Made by a program: the position numbers and the translations under genes
Notes under the pieces: model-generated
Seen by the model: the letters and a program-made list of their open reading frames with translations, nothing else
Databases searched by the model: none
What the model was told of the DNA's origin: nothing
In this document: piece after piece, positions 11,401-23,943 of the stretch
How positions within the stretch are numbered: the first letter of the stretch is position 1
Layout: every line of letters starts with the position of its first letter
NCBI RefSeq assembly: GCF_000981445.1
Contig: NC_027218.1
Coordinates: 1,488,001 to 1,552,000 of the forward strand
Source of the DNA: Babesia bigemina
Lineage: Eukaryota
Length of the DNA: 64,000 nt
Reading direction: 5' to 3'

Positions 11401-14400
11401 TGTACATGACCTTGGCCAGCTTGCGATAATCCAACCCGTGAAAGGTCAGGCGGAGCCAGCTGGTGATGGTGCCGTCGATGTGGCTGTGATACACGTTTCT
11501 GAAGAAGGCCGACCGCTTCCACTGCTTCGGGTTGAAGAGGGCTTGTATGGGCATGTGATCAGGGACTTCCCTCCCCTCCTGCGAAGAGTAAGCTTCGACC
11601 TCAGCCCGCAAAGCTTCCCAAAATCCGTCGGCTTCCTTGAACATGTTGAATCTAGCCACGACTTGGGTTTCGTCTTCGAGGCTGCGCAGCGCCACGTTAC
11701 GGCAGACCTCCCACTCTAGGGTGCACTCAGGCACGACGTTGTCGTTAGGACGTTCAACTGGCGTCGCTATGACCCTCACTAGCCCGATACCGGACAGAAT
11801 AGCCAACAGCCTGCGCAGCAATTGAATGGCTGCACGGCCCCCGGAATTCAGGTACAAGGCGTTGTACAGGTCGTCATCCAGATGGACGCGTAAGATGTTG
11901 CCCTCAAGCAGATCATACACGTTCCGCAACGGGTAACCGCAGCCAATCACCTGCAGGTAGAGGTCTATTGGCATGTTCTGCAGCGCCTGAGTCGCTGTGA
12001 ATTTCCTGCCGTCGCCCGCAAAATCCAACAAATAGCTGTGCAAGCACTTCACCCGCGTCACAATTGGCCGGATGAAACCGTTGGTAGTCTGTATGCTAGC
12101 GCTGAAGGCCCGCCTGGGTTTGTTTTCAGTCTCCCGAGCGCGCTTCATGGTCACGGCAATATCCTTCACCAGCGTGGTCGGCATCAAATGCATGGGCCCC
12201 GTAGTGAACTCCGGAGCGGGATTCACTGCATCCTTGGGGGGCGCCGGCAAAGAATCTGGGCTCTTGAAGGACTCGTTAATGCGATAGCGTAGGTGCGCCG
12301 TGAGCGTGGATTTGATCTGGCGCCTTTTCGTTATCTCGTTGTTCACCAACTGGAACGCCTTGAAGGCGTTCAACCGACGCGAGTCGTACAGCACCACCAG
12401 CGAGTATGACACACCCTTCAGCTCGTGACCTTGCGTCAAACAGATATGCGGTCGGTTCTCTTGCACGTATTTGCCCACGCGCAAAACTGTCTTGCGGTCG
12501 ACCGTCTTCCCGGTATGGGGTTCCATGTCACCGTACATCACGGAGATGTTGTTGCAGGAGGTCGCTTGGAAGTCCTCCACGTAGTCCGATAACAGCACCA
12601 TGCGTCTGCGGAATATCGCCGTGTTTACATGTTTCGGCAGGTTGCATTCTGTGCCGAACAGCGCCTTGAAACGCTCCTCGTACGCCGCTTCGTTAGGGTA
12701 CAGCGAGCGCTCACTCGTGAGCCAAACGCAGTAGCGCTTGTTCATAGGTTCCAACTCGGGCACTACAGTGCTTGAGTTTGGTGCGCTGGTAGTTTCGGGT
12801 GCGTCCTCCCTCACACCGGTGGCTGCGCCAGGCCCACTTGGAGTCGGTTGCGGCGGCACGACATGCGCATCATCGTCTGCATTAATCCTCACCCCTCCAA
12901 TTGTGTGAGGCTTCCTTTGCCTTTTAGCAGGGCGTGACTCCTCGTTCGACTGCTCAGCTGTCGCCGCAGAAGCAGCGGTCGTCTGTGCCTTTCCCTTAGC
13001 AGTAGCGGATTGGGCCTGATTGGCTCTGACCTCAATCGCTTCGCCGCCTGGAATGGAGTAAATGTGCATCAACAATTTGCCGTCTCGCGCGATCACCTTC
13101 GACAGAACATTGGCCGCCGCAAGGCTAGACAACGTTTTTGTCACCACCTTGTACGGCAATGACATATAGGGCTTCACGTCGTTCACAGATGCGCCTCCCT
13201 TGTGGCAGCGCACCAGGTAATACACCCACTCTTTCAGGTTGTGCCCAAAAAACAAGTGCGGCGATTGGTAGAAGGTAACGGCTAGCGCGGGATCAGGTTC
13301 AGGTTGAGGGTCATCGGCAGCGGCAGCGGCGTCGGGGGCTACTGCAGGTCTTGGAGCGCCCATGTTGACCACACGCAACTTGGACCCCGGAGCTGGCAGG
13401 TGCTCCAACGATTCCGGAAGCTCGGCTGCATTGCCGTAGGGAATCACGCACCGCTCGAACGTGTTCGACTGTGGGCACCACGCAAATACGCGGGTTATCT
13501 TGCACTTCGACTCCAAAAGACGTCGGAAAAACACAAAGCTTTTCTTAATCGTGCGGTCGTTGACGTTGGGATTGGCCCAGGGAAGTTTCTCCGTCAGCAT
13601 CGCGTAGTACGCGTCCCTCCACTCGTCCTCCAGTATTATCTGGTTGTCACTCTCGTGGAGCACCTTCAGCATGCGCTCATCGAGTGCCTCGGTTGGGCGG
13701 TTGAAGCAAAGCTCCCGCACCAGCGGCGGCAAGCGGCCCACAGCAAAGTACCGGTAGTGGAACCACAACACGGATTGGTGGGAGGAGGTGAGTTCTGCTT
13801 TATCTTCGAAGCCATCATCGGGCCGCCCAGAGATACGGGGATTCAGCTCCTCCATTTGCTCTTTCACCAGCTGCCTGGACACACAATCGTTCGGCACAGT
13901 TGCGCGGCAGATCACCCCCGCCCTGGACATGTGCAGCAAGTGGGTGAAAAGGTCACGCGGTGCAATCTTCAAGTCACTCGCCAATTCGTGCTGCCAGTAC
14001 CCTGAATCACAGTACATTCCACACGTCGTACCACTGCTCACCTTTGTATCTGTGCGACGCTATGGCCATCACGATGCGAAATCGGTCGGCACTCTTGACA
14101 AGGGACTCCAACAACAGCAGGTTCATCTTTTTCATACGCATAGTGTTGGAGCAGAACATACGACTGCTGTCGACAAACCGCATAAACCGAGCGTGATGGG
14201 ATGCGACGCCTGCCGTGGAGCCCGCCGCATTGCTCGTTTCATATCCTTGGAGGTCATATTGGCCATCGCGAAGTGCCTGCGCCCCTGACTTGCGTATTTG
14301 GGTCGCATAAGCAATCATATCCGGGTCGCTTTTGTCGGTGATGACCAACACATCGCGGTTGTTGCAGAGCGTTACCCACAGCTCAACCTGAGCCACGTCA

Positions 14401-14553
14401 GAACAACTAGAAAAACGGTACCTTTGCCGCAGGGCTCAGCTCGGGCTCCTCCTGCTCGAACAGAACGCCTGCAAGGACATCGATGAACTGAACGGGGTTA
14501 GGTTGTGACGCCAGATACTCCAAACAGGAGTCGACTACGTCAAACGACGTCAT
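8470..14553 (-). CDS. Large nuclear protein, probable B-block-binding subunit of TFIIIC (Tfc3/GTF3C1-like); 4 exons
   Basis: In-frame GT-AG introns at 14388-14421, 14002-14041 and 8698-8734; spliced IASHRYKGYWQHELASDLKIAPRDLFTHLLHMSRAGVI resembles the winged-helix B-block_TFIIIC domain; size about 2000 aa. Confidence 0.65.
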
Positions 14554-14948
14554 GGCGTTCGGCGGCGACGGAAGTTGGCAGCGTTATAAACGCTAACAGG
14601 GAGTATAAAATGTTCACATTTTAGTGCTCAAATTGCCAGCACGAAGAATCCACGTGCTGCGGAGCTGGTGGAATTGCGATTCGCTATAGACATCGCACCT
14701 GCAACGCGCGATGTGCGACACGCGGAGTGGAAGTATCAGGAAATAGCTACACTAGAGCTACGGAAACCTCGCCAAGCATATTAAAACGGACAAAGCGTAT
14801 CAAATCCTTTCGAAATATCATGTTTGAGGGGTCATGTGTCGACGCACATGAACCACATCAGAAAGTGCATACCGATTACCTTATAGACCTAACTGAAGGT
14901 TCTCAATAAAGCAGATGCTGTTAAGTGGGTTGACTTGTCTAGCTGATG

Positions 14949-17132
14949 TCAATAGTTGTCCACTACTACGCCCGAATTCGTGTATTGGTAAACGACGTTG
15001 GGAGCTGATGGCGGCGTCCTCCTCTGCCACGGGTTGCCGGGGGACACGCCTGGGCTGTGGCAGCCGTTGGCGCTAGCGTACGTTGCGGCGGAGCACACGG
15101 TGCCATTTGGTTGGTCAGCGCAGTGATGGCATACGTGGATGGCTATGCTCGGCGGGGATGCTCCGGTGCCACCACATGAAGGCTTCGTGCACGTGCAGTC
15201 GCACTCATAAGAGTCAGACGTCGGACTGCACACTTCGCTCTCGCAGCATTGAGCATATTGCTGAACTCGGCCCGATCTGCAGCGTGGCGGTGTTGCCACC
15301 CTGTTGTCGCAACCGTAGTCCCGAGTGATCACGCTGCGGACCTCGTTAGCACAGCACTTAGCGGCAGCCGAACGCTCGCAGCTGCAGTCTTCATTAGAAC
15401 TCGTTTCGGAGGCGTAGCAAGTGTCATCGCTGTCCGAATCCACGTTGACATACTCTTCGTACATGTGGTCCATTCGGAAGGGGCTTGACGCAGGCGTTCG
15501 GCGAGGCGACCTCGTGGTCAAGTGCTCGCGGCATGTGTCACGAGACTCAACCACGCGACCAGTAGCGGGTTGCGCGCATGGCCGGGATTTAGGCACAACA
15601 ACGCCACGAAAAGTGCAATATATTCGTTCGCCTCTCGCGAGCCTGTTGAAGGCCGTCTTCGGGTTTTCACCAGCGTCGCTTATTTCGGCGCGCTTCCTTT
15701 CGACCTTCGGTGGGCAGTGAGATGCTGCGCTACGGTTGGACACTGAATCGGTTAAAGACGACGACGATTCACTTCTCCGCAGCTTCGTAGGGGATTTAGC
15801 CTTCCCCTTGGCTGCTGCCCTCCTTTGCCGAGAAACAGATGAAGAAACATCCGACGATGACGCTTCATAGAGGCTTCCGCGGCCCTCAGAACGCTTAGGA
15901 TGCCACGGGGGCCGGGGACGCATGTACACCAAGGAATTGGAGTTGTTCCCGCTGACGGACCGCCCTGCCACAAGGGGCCCACCGACGCGAGAGTTTGAGC
16001 TGCGCGACCTGGACAACATTTCGTCAACTGACCAGTTTGGCGCCGCATCCGACATTTGCTGCTTGATCCTAGGGGTGACGTATTGGCATACAGAACTCCG
16101 CCGTGAAGGGGGCGCGTAGTTATCCTTGTACGCATGTGACTCGGGAGCACGTGAACGACTAGGTGTTTTACGAACGGACAGATTTGTTTGGTTTGATATT
16201 CCATTTGCTTTGGGGCTTTGCTTCGTTTGCGACGCGTTAGGAGAAGCGTCGGATCCGTCATTGTAGCGTGATGCCTTCCTGCACCCGATGAACTTGGCAC
16301 GAATGGTCACCTTGCGCTGAGGGCTCATGGGTGGAAGCGTCTCAACAGATGCCCTCAAAGGCAACCTATCAGCATTTGTAGGCGTAGTTGGTTGGCTTTT
16401 GGATCCCTTGGCGCGAGTGCTCATCATGGTCTGTACAATCTTCGAGGTCGCCGCGCGGCCGGTATCGAGGTCCACAGTAGTTATCGTGTACGGACTTAAC
16501 TTTACGCAGATTCGCGGTGCATCAGGACCCTTCAATGGGATTTCGAGCGTTATGGGACGCTCCGCTATCTCGTCAGAATAAACCGAACAATTCTCACCCC
16601 CCGATGTAAAGGCGTTGTCCGAGCCCCCAGATTTGTCAGAGTTTACCGTTATCAAGCTTTCCACGTGATCCGGCGGATACACGATATCTTCGTCACCGCC
16701 ACTAGCAGCGGAATAACTTGCCGTGGCTTCAGCCGCCCACAACCGATCGGAAAACGAATTTCTTCTGACCTCCTCGACGGAGGCTGCACTGCTATCCTTC
16801 GAATCGGCGTAATCACACAAGGCTGCGATGCCGATCGGTTCAGCGCTCTTTAGAGGCAGAGGAGATTCAGCAGTCGTCGGTTCAACACCCATGGATTTTT
16901 CGCTATCATGCGATGCCGAACTGTCCACAGCCTCCAGTGTCGGGACCGCGCCCCGGAAAATTATTTCGTACTTCAAATCGCAAGCTTCACAACGGCGGTA
17001 CCGGTATGATTGTATTTCCGGCAGGAGAGAACGATCGAGGTTGCTCAGCTGGGTTATCAAGCACCTTTCACTACCGCACGAGCACTCCCGACGCTTAACT
17101 GGGAGGTTATCCTTTAAGTCACCCGTGCTCAT
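14949..17132 (-). CDS. Hypothetical Ser/Arg-rich low-complexity protein with Cys clusters at both ends (727 aa)
   Basis: Long ATG-initiated ORF; N-terminal CSCGSERC...CEAC; Cys-rich C-terminus; no family recognised. Confidence 0.7.
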   Translation of the reverse strand: MSTGDLKDNLPVKRRECSCGSERCLITQLSNLDRSLLPEIQSYRYRRCEACDLKYEIIFRGAVPTLEAVDSSASHDSEKSMGVEPTTAESPLPLKSAEPIGIAALCDYADSKDSSAASVEEVRRNSFSDRLWAAEATASYSAASGGDEDIVYPPDHVESLITVNSDKSGGSDNAFTSGGENCSVYSDEIAERPITLEIPLKGPDAPRICVKLSPYTITTVDLDTGRAATSKIVQTMMSTRAKGSKSQPTTPTNADRLPLRASVETLPPMSPQRKVTIRAKFIGCRKASRYNDGSDASPNASQTKQSPKANGISNQTNLSVRKTPSRSRAPESHAYKDNYAPPSRRSSVCQYVTPRIKQQMSDAAPNWSVDEMLSRSRSSNSRVGGPLVAGRSVSGNNSNSLVYMRPRPPWHPKRSEGRGSLYEASSSDVSSSVSRQRRAAAKGKAKSPTKLRRSESSSSLTDSVSNRSAASHCPPKVERKRAEISDAGENPKTAFNRLARGERIYCTFRGVVVPKSRPCAQPATGRVVESRDTCREHLTTRSPRRTPASSPFRMDHMYEEYVNVDSDSDDTCYASETSSNEDCSCERSAAAKCCANEVRSVITRDYGCDNRVATPPRCRSGRVQQYAQCCESEVCSPTSDSYECDCTCTKPSCGGTGASPPSIAIHVCHHCADQPNGTVCSAATYASANGCHSPGVSPGNPWQRRTPPSAPNVVYQYTNSGVVVDNY

Positions 17133-18440
17133 CTGCGCTGGCGCTCAAAAATCAACTCGAGCGCAAATAAAGACGGCACAGATTTATAAATGCTGTTAAT
17201 ATGCAACCGATGATCAAATTAATTGACGCACTACGCATAGGTTGCACCGGCGTGTCGGAAACACCGCAGTGGAATTATTTGTTAATTAGATCTGATGAGG
17301 AGGGCACTGCATTCCGTGGCACGTATCCGTTACACATGAAGCCGTGAAGGTTGAAATGCAGAGTACGAGCGCAAAAGAGTGGAGCATGTGAAACGCCCAT
17401 GCTCGGGGAGGACAATCGGAGTCTCCACAAGACAGCAGTGAATGGTGTATAAAAATTAAACTCACGCCAAACTCTGTCCACGTAACGTCTGGGGGCCCTA
17501 AAACGAGCAACAGCCTCCGTCTTATCCCCTTCACTCTATCATCAAAATGGAGTAAGTGCCGCAGAACTCACCTGTGGGCACAACCCGATCCGGCGAAGAC
17601 ACACTGCCACAAGTTGATGAAACACGCACACTTTCGTCCGCTACAAATAATACAAACGCACGAAAAGACTGGCTGATGATTTGTGATTCGCAAATCACGA
17701 CGGTGGTAACATTGGCGATTTATTGTCCGGTGCTGGGTTACTGTAGAGCAACGCCGAGCACACCGGCGCTACCCAACACCAGATAGTGATAATATACAGA
17801 CTATTGAGATTTAAAAGTCTCATGCCATGCTATCTACATGGTAATGCAGAGGAAATGTCCCCAACGCTTTCAGCAACGCATTACACAAATAACATATACA
17901 TGCGCCATCAACACTGCGAATGAGCAGCTCACCTTAACCCGGCACCGCTGCGCGAACGCCAACCAGGCTATCATATGGGCTCACATGCACAGAACCGTTC
18001 AAGTTAACAGCTCAGCAATCTCTAAATTAGCTACTAAAATTAAGGCATGTATAATCGGGGGAGTCCCTTATATCAAAGCAATAAAAGGTGTACACGTTAA
18101 TACGCCCTGCAATGAACAGGCAGTCTCCCCATCACAACAACTGCTAATTCACCGAGATGCACCAAGCGATATTAATCGCCTAAACACGAGAAGGTCTAAA
18201 GCAGCGTGCAGAGTGATAAAATCATGGGCGTCTACACAATCTGTCTAGCATGCGAAGATTAACGCATGTGACGCCAAAAAAGAAGTCCGTTAAACCGCGT
18301 CCAGAATACGACTCAACAGATTCCAATAGGGGTGTTTAGACCCGCTCGGCTGAATCGGTATAGTGGACGAAATCGTCCTCCACAAAACCTGCTCTACCTA
18401 TCAAAATCACAATCGCCTCAAAAACTCATAAGATGGCTAT

Positions 18441-19769
18441 TCACTGGGGAAGCGCCTTCTTGCCAGCCTTTTTCGCCTTCTTTCCACCCTTCTTGCCACC
18501 TTTATTGGCTCCCTTCTTTCCACCTTTCTTTCCACCTTTCTTGCCACCCTTCTTGCCACCTTTCTTGCCAGCGCCTACAGCCTTAACGGCATTCACCTCA
18601 TTGGCAGACTCTTGAGCAATTATAGTTTCTTCTACAGAATTCACCAGCTCATTCTCATAGGACGGCTCAGCTTCGAAGGCTGGCACAGCTTCAATGTCAA
18701 CGGATTCTTCAGCAACTATGGGCTCCTCCACGCCTTCGCCAGCTTCATCTTCAGGAATCAAAGACTGCTCACCTTCACCTTCAACAGATGGCTCAGCCTC
18801 GGGGATCATGGATTGCTCGCCTTCACCTTCAAAGGATGTTTCATCTTCAGGAATCAAAGACTGCTCACCTTCACCGTCAAAGGTTGGTTCAGCTTCAGGG
18901 ATCAAGGACTGCTCACCTTCACCGTCAAAGGTTGGTTCAGCTTCAGGATCCTCAGGCTGCATACATTCACCTTCAAAGGTTGGTGCGACTGCTCCGGATT
19001 GACTAGGCAATCCATAGAAAGCCCAGAATCCAGAGAAGTCGTAAAGGATGTCCAACACATCCTTGTCCACCTCGCTCACCGCCTCGTACACAAATGGAAT
19101 ACTCATGTGGGGGCGCCTCTGCGAGTCCTCATAACCAACGGCTTTCAACACTTCTGCCAAGCGCTCCCTCAACATCTCACTATTCTGCTTCTTGAATACA
19201 GCATCCGTGGCATCCTTCAACGACTTCAGGCCTGCCCACAACATAGGTGCAATACCAACGAATACCGCTGCGCAATCTTCCGGCTTCTCCGAACATGAAG
19301 TCTCCCACGTAGCTTCCGAAGTGTAAGCAGACTCGTATTGGTCAGGCATTTTCAGGTGCTTAACCAATTTGTCACAACCATACGCAACACGGCCTATGTA
19401 CAATCCCATGTTCTCGGGCTGCAATTTTTTGGTCTGCACGATGTTGCAGAAATTGCTCTTTAATCCACGACGGAAGCGTTTGAACCATACTTTTGCTATG
19501 TCCCTGGGCTCGTTGAACTTCTTCAACACATCGCCCACAAATGACTGGTTAACAAGCTCCGGTTTCTCCAAAAACATCTTAGTAATAGGCTTCACCTTCT
19601 CTAGCGCCGGCACCTCCGTGTAGCCGCTAGGCTTGTCATGAAGAAGGTCGTAAACCGCGCTACCCAGAGCAGTCAAGTTCTTTTCAGCCTCAGTACCCCT
19701 CAGGGCCATCAGCCAGTCAATACCCTCCTTGAGGTTGCGGGGGGCCTCAGTCAACGTGTTGAACACCAT
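18441..19769 (-). CDS. Short ves1-like (variant erythrocyte surface antigen N-terminal-like) protein with acidic and Lys-rich repeats
   Basis: LTEAPRNLKEGIDWL start motif as in Babesia VESA N-termini; YESAY..EATW...C.EKPEDCA.V.VG.APML; paralogue at 49684..50490. Confidence 0.75.
   Translation of the reverse strand: MVFNTLTEAPRNLKEGIDWLMALRGTEAEKNLTALGSAVYDLLHDKPSGYTEVPALEKVKPITKMFLEKPELVNQSFVGDVLKKFNEPRDIAKVWFKRFRRGLKSNFCNIVQTKKLQPENMGLYIGRVAYGCDKLVKHLKMPDQYESAYTSEATWETSCSEKPEDCAAVFVGIAPMLWAGLKSLKDATDAVFKKQNSEMLRERLAEVLKAVGYEDSQRRPHMSIPFVYEAVSEVDKDVLDILYDFSGFWAFYGLPSQSGAVAPTFEGECMQPEDPEAEPTFDGEGEQSLIPEAEPTFDGEGEQSLIPEDETSFEGEGEQSMIPEAEPSVEGEGEQSLIPEDEAGEGVEEPIVAEESVDIEAVPAFEAEPSYENELVNSVEETIIAQESANEVNAVKAVGAGKKGGKKGGKKGGKKGGKKGANKGGKKGGKKAKKAGKKALPQ
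18456..18570 (-). repeat. 12-bp coding repeat encoding (GGKK)n
   Basis: AGKKGGKKGGKKGGKKGGKKGANKGGKKGGKKAKKAGKK. Confidence 0.95.
18748..18985 (-). repeat. ~48-bp coding repeat (PEAEPTFDGEGEQSLI-like), about 5 copies
   Basis: Direct repeats of gactgctcaccttcacc and the matching translated 16-aa units. Confidence 0.93.
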
Positions 19770-19919
19770 TTTGAAAAACCAAGTTGAATTGGATATCCAG
19801 TATAAGTTATCTAAGACTCGATTTAACTACGAGCCTGTGTGCATACAGCTGTGTCTTAATTACGTATGACCACAACACAAGCGATGTTGCGTTCAAATAT
19901 ATTCGTGTCTAATTGAGTT

Positions 19920-21770
19920 CCACAAAATCTCAATATGCATCAGATATGCATAAGGTGATGGCAGGTTGCTGACAGATGTTGTGTCTTAGACAGATCCACA
20001 CAAGTATCTCGGCATGCAATGCGCGAGTCACGGCGGTATGCGAGTTTACGGCAAAATCACGCATTAAAGCTGCGGATCTGAGTCAGAATTTAAGCAAGAG
20101 TTGCAGTTTACAATGATACGGTTGCACACAGGTAGTTGGTTGCGGCACATATGGACAATCGCGCAACATGCTTGCTATAAACGTTGTAGTGACGTGGGGA
20201 ATGCGGACACTTCTCGTGCTGTCCTCCGTAATTAACGTAATTTGCTTATGATCAGTGGGCGCTAGAGTAATGTCTAATGCTGTTGAGCGTATATTGACCG
20301 CACGCCACTATATATTCATTCACCTTCCTCACCATTTCTTATGGACGCAACCGCGGTCGTTGTTTTCCGAATCCAGCGCGCTGCCATGGTTGGTATTAGT
20401 ATCTCTACACGGTCGTATTGTGCGTCTCTGTTTTGCGACCATACGTGGGTCTTAGAATAACTCGCTGACTTGCTCATTGATAGCGCGGCCGCAGATCTGC
20501 AGGTGTGTAATCCAGACTTAGTGGCTCATATACTGCGTTTCTGACGGCCTAGCAGGATTCTAAAATTACTAAACTGAATTAAACTTGGAATCCTGAACTG
20601 TGAGTGGCTCCATTCCGTCACAACAACTCCGCCGTTGGCTATGCGTTAACTTATCTTTATACAGAGGTTAACGCCGCCGTGCTAGTATATAACTATTTTT
20701 GCACCACCTTCGCTCATCAAAAGGTACAAACATGCTCATTACGGCAACGATGCCTCTAAATAGGCATCCAGAATGACTTGTGTTATAACCCAGGATGCAG
20801 AGCTCGGTCTCCATGCTACGCTGGGCAACACAGTGTGCGATGTTATAAGCGTACATATCGATTGATGAGCGACTGTTCTAGTTGTTATTGTGACATTAGT
20901 ACTCTACAACGGCGAGCATGTGTCACTGCTATGAATCTCACACCGGTTAGACTCTTTGGATCATCGACCCACTTGATCCCACATTAGTTTCCCACGTAAA
21001 TCTATAAATTGACGTGAATGTTCGCCTATATATGTTACATTACCATGTCGTCATTATGTTAACGTGGGAATACGCATTATAAGAGAGAGCGTCATCTCTA
21101 CCGGCAGTAAGTTGGGCTCCTTATTGAGCTTGCTGTTGTCGAAAGTGAATCTCTGACATCCGATACCCGCTCAATTTCCAACATATTCACCGTTGTAATC
21201 GTAGTTAACATTTAACAAATGACTTGAGGTGACTTATCTTACCCATCCCATCAGGCTCTAAGTACTGTGGCTGCGCCCAGCGGCACGTGCGAACCTGCAC
21301 TTGGCAATGGTTAACATGCGTCACTGTAGCTTTCAGAATCATACAATTATGTGTTATGTGTGCAAATAAGATGCGCATGAAGCCTCACATGGTTCCATTC
21401 TTAGTGGTGGGCTAATGTGGTTCGCCAGTACCCAAAAACATAGGCGTGCTGCTTTGGCAGCCACTGATCGCGTGGGAATAACGGAGGAACACCTGTAGTT
21501 TGCACCAATATATGCTTTGAAAAGAGAGTAATGATCCGCCGACGTCGACTGAGGATGCCACGCATACTCGGTACCGTCGACATGGCGTGGACATATCACA
21601 GTTTCAAACTTCAAGAAATCCGCATACTTGTGGCATATAGCTAGATCATTCTGACCAAGTAGCTGATCTGGCCCCCCGAAGTCACAAACCGAGGCATCAA
21701 TACCCCTAAGGCAGTACAGACATATTGCGCAAAATATCTCTAGAGGCGTCATATTTCTAAATTTTGCCAT
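19920..21770 (-). pseudogene. Decayed, internally deleted 6-Cys family gene (3' limit approximate)
   Basis: MAKF+signal, CDF, AICHK, ICPRHVDGTEYAWHPQ match the N-terminus of 4069..6987 (ACHK, ICPSHVGGTRYVWHPQ); frameshifted collinear remnants follow: AGIGCQR, LVILES, QICGRA (20482-20499, cf. FICGKA), YDRVEI, DRGC (20344-20361, cf. RQGC). Confidence 0.65.
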
Positions 21771-22782
21771 GGTTAAGCCTTTTGCGTCATACAATCAATA
21801 AAGATTAACCTACATAGAAACACATGATACCAAAAGATGCACGCTATGGATAAATGAAATTAAAGCAGAATTAATACTCTGTGGTTTTGTCGGGAAGTGA
21901 GGGCAACTTAAAATTTCATCGCCGTAGCTGGCGTCCAGGTTGCAAAGGAATTTTCACCCACGGCTGCAACTGGAATATTCATCGACGCTTATTGGTTGGA
22001 TCACAGACTCCATGTGTCAATACACTGGTGAAACCACCCTTGCTATAATGACACTACAATCAGACTCAGAAGGGCCGCTCTTTAACTGAACATAAGCTTC
22101 TGCCCACTTCCAGGAAGCGCAACCAATCTGATACAATAGGGGTAACAATACCACAATTATTGTGCAAACAAGTGTCGCCAAGCCAAATTGGTGGACGTGG
22201 CGACGCAAACACAGAAGATGCATACGTTGGCGACTCGGTGAAGTATCTCACATGGCGAGCGATCAGCCGGCTGACAACGTTCCACGTGACTAGTGACGTT
22301 ACTAATATAGAGGACATTAACCACCGCGCACTATGGCTGTAGACGAGTCAGGCAGCCCCATACCTACCATGAGGGGCGTGGAGAGGGACCATCGAGAATC
22401 GACCCATGAATGTGCCTATAGCGAGCGCGCTCAGCTACTCACCGCAAACCAATTCTATCAGTAAAAGTTTAATGCGACGGTGAAGGCGGCTAGTTCGCCA
22501 CTACTGGTCGTCATCCATGAGATTGGGACTGCATGGTAAACTGTGTTAGTAACGATTATCAAAGTTTAAAGAACACAAGAGCACGACAGCCAGTTCACAT
22601 GTCTATTACGATATCGGGAGTAGTTCCGGGGTTGCAACAGCCCGCATCTTGTAGCAGTCGATTCCACCGAGTAGCGCTCTTGCATTCTGTTGTCTTTGAC
22701 ACCGTCCTGTTCTGCGTTTGAAAATAGCCCAACACTGGCACTGCTGAAAACAGCACTTCATAGGGCGTACCCGGGGGATGCA

Positions 22783-23943
22783 TTAAGTTTGCATCCCACT
22801 GGTGACAAAGGCGCCTGCCACATCTGTTTCCCATGAGGTTGCGTTATCGGCTGGCAGCAATATCAAAGGGCCCACAGTTCCACTGAGCCCTTTCATTCGA
22901 CGCCTTCTTTTCAGTTGATGCCGTGTCCTTTGTGCGATTGTCTCTCTTCGGTGCACCTTTCGATTTAGCTTGGCGCTTGAAGAACTGCCTTTATGCTGCA
23001 CGCCTTTCGCAGCCACCATTCGACGCAGCTTATCGATGGTGTGCCTATCGAGTTCTTGAAGTTTCGCGTTGTGCCTGTTCTTTTCTTGCAGTTGTTTTAT
23101 CTCGGCACAGAGCTCCTCTATGAGGTCGTCCTTTTGCCTTATGGCGTCACTCAGCTGATAGTTTTGGTTCTTCAGGTTTAAGGCGACTTGGGTATCGGCC
23201 TCGGCTTCTCTCTGGAGCAGCGCGATGCGACGTTGTCCCTCTTCGAATAATTGCCGCTGCTCTAAGCACGCTGCTTGAAGCTCGTCGTTTATCTTCTGCT
23301 TTTCCTGGAGCATGTCCTCCAGTACTTTGATGCGGCTTATCCACTGGTCGTAACACTGGGTTGTTGCTTCGGTGAGTTGCATCCGCAGCGCGTCACAATT
23401 CGCACAAATAACGGTGACCTTGGTTTCGGTTTGCTGCTGTGCTTTCGGCCGCGTCGACCGCTTGAGCGAAGAGAATGGTGAACTCCTGGCGCCACAGTAC
23501 CTGAAATTGTTGGAATGGCTCCGCGATCCGCTGGTGTCACATGTGGAAGACGAGCATTCCGAGGTGCTCCAGCCATGCTGACCAGACGAAAGCTCATTTT
23601 CGCTGGGATAGCTGCGCGCCCGGCAAAATTCGCGAGGCGACATTCGGAGCTCCATATTGTCGCTTATTTCAGCGACTACGCGGGTACGCTGCGATGGTAT
23701 GGCCGGTGATGTCGACAGCCTGTCTATATGCGGCCGACCGCCATGAGTTGCCAGTTGGCCGCGAATGGTCGGCGGAATCCTCACTGTTAGCGTACCAACG
23801 TTATTCGGTCGTGAGGACAGAATTTTAGATGCGGTATATTGTGGCTCCTGGCATGCCGCGGCACGTTTTGTCACGTGTTTGTTCAGCTCTCGATGGGGAG
23901 GCGCGGTCAAGGTGTCCGTTGAAACTAATACCTTCGGGTACAT
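22783..23943 (-). CDS. Hypothetical coiled-coil protein (386 aa)
   Basis: Disordered Ser-rich N-terminus, CANC, then about 130 aa of E/Q/K/L heptad-rich sequence. Confidence 0.7.
   Translation of the reverse strand: MYPKVLVSTDTLTAPPHRELNKHVTKRAAACQEPQYTASKILSSRPNNVGTLTVRIPPTIRGQLATHGGRPHIDRLSTSPAIPSQRTRVVAEISDNMELRMSPREFCRARSYPSENELSSGQHGWSTSECSSSTCDTSGSRSHSNNFRYCGARSSPFSSLKRSTRPKAQQQTETKVTVICANCDALRMQLTEATTQCYDQWISRIKVLEDMLQEKQKINDELQAACLEQRQLFEEGQRRIALLQREAEADTQVALNLKNQNYQLSDAIRQKDDLIEELCAEIKQLQEKNRHNAKLQELDRHTIDKLRRMVAAKGVQHKGSSSSAKLNRKVHRRETIAQRTRHQLKRRRRMKGLSGTVGPLILLPADNATSWETDVAGAFVTSGMQT

Noticed and set aside
18748..18985. Regular repeats as a CRISPR-like array
   Set aside because: In-frame coding repeats with no unique spacers, in a eukaryotic context with no cas genes
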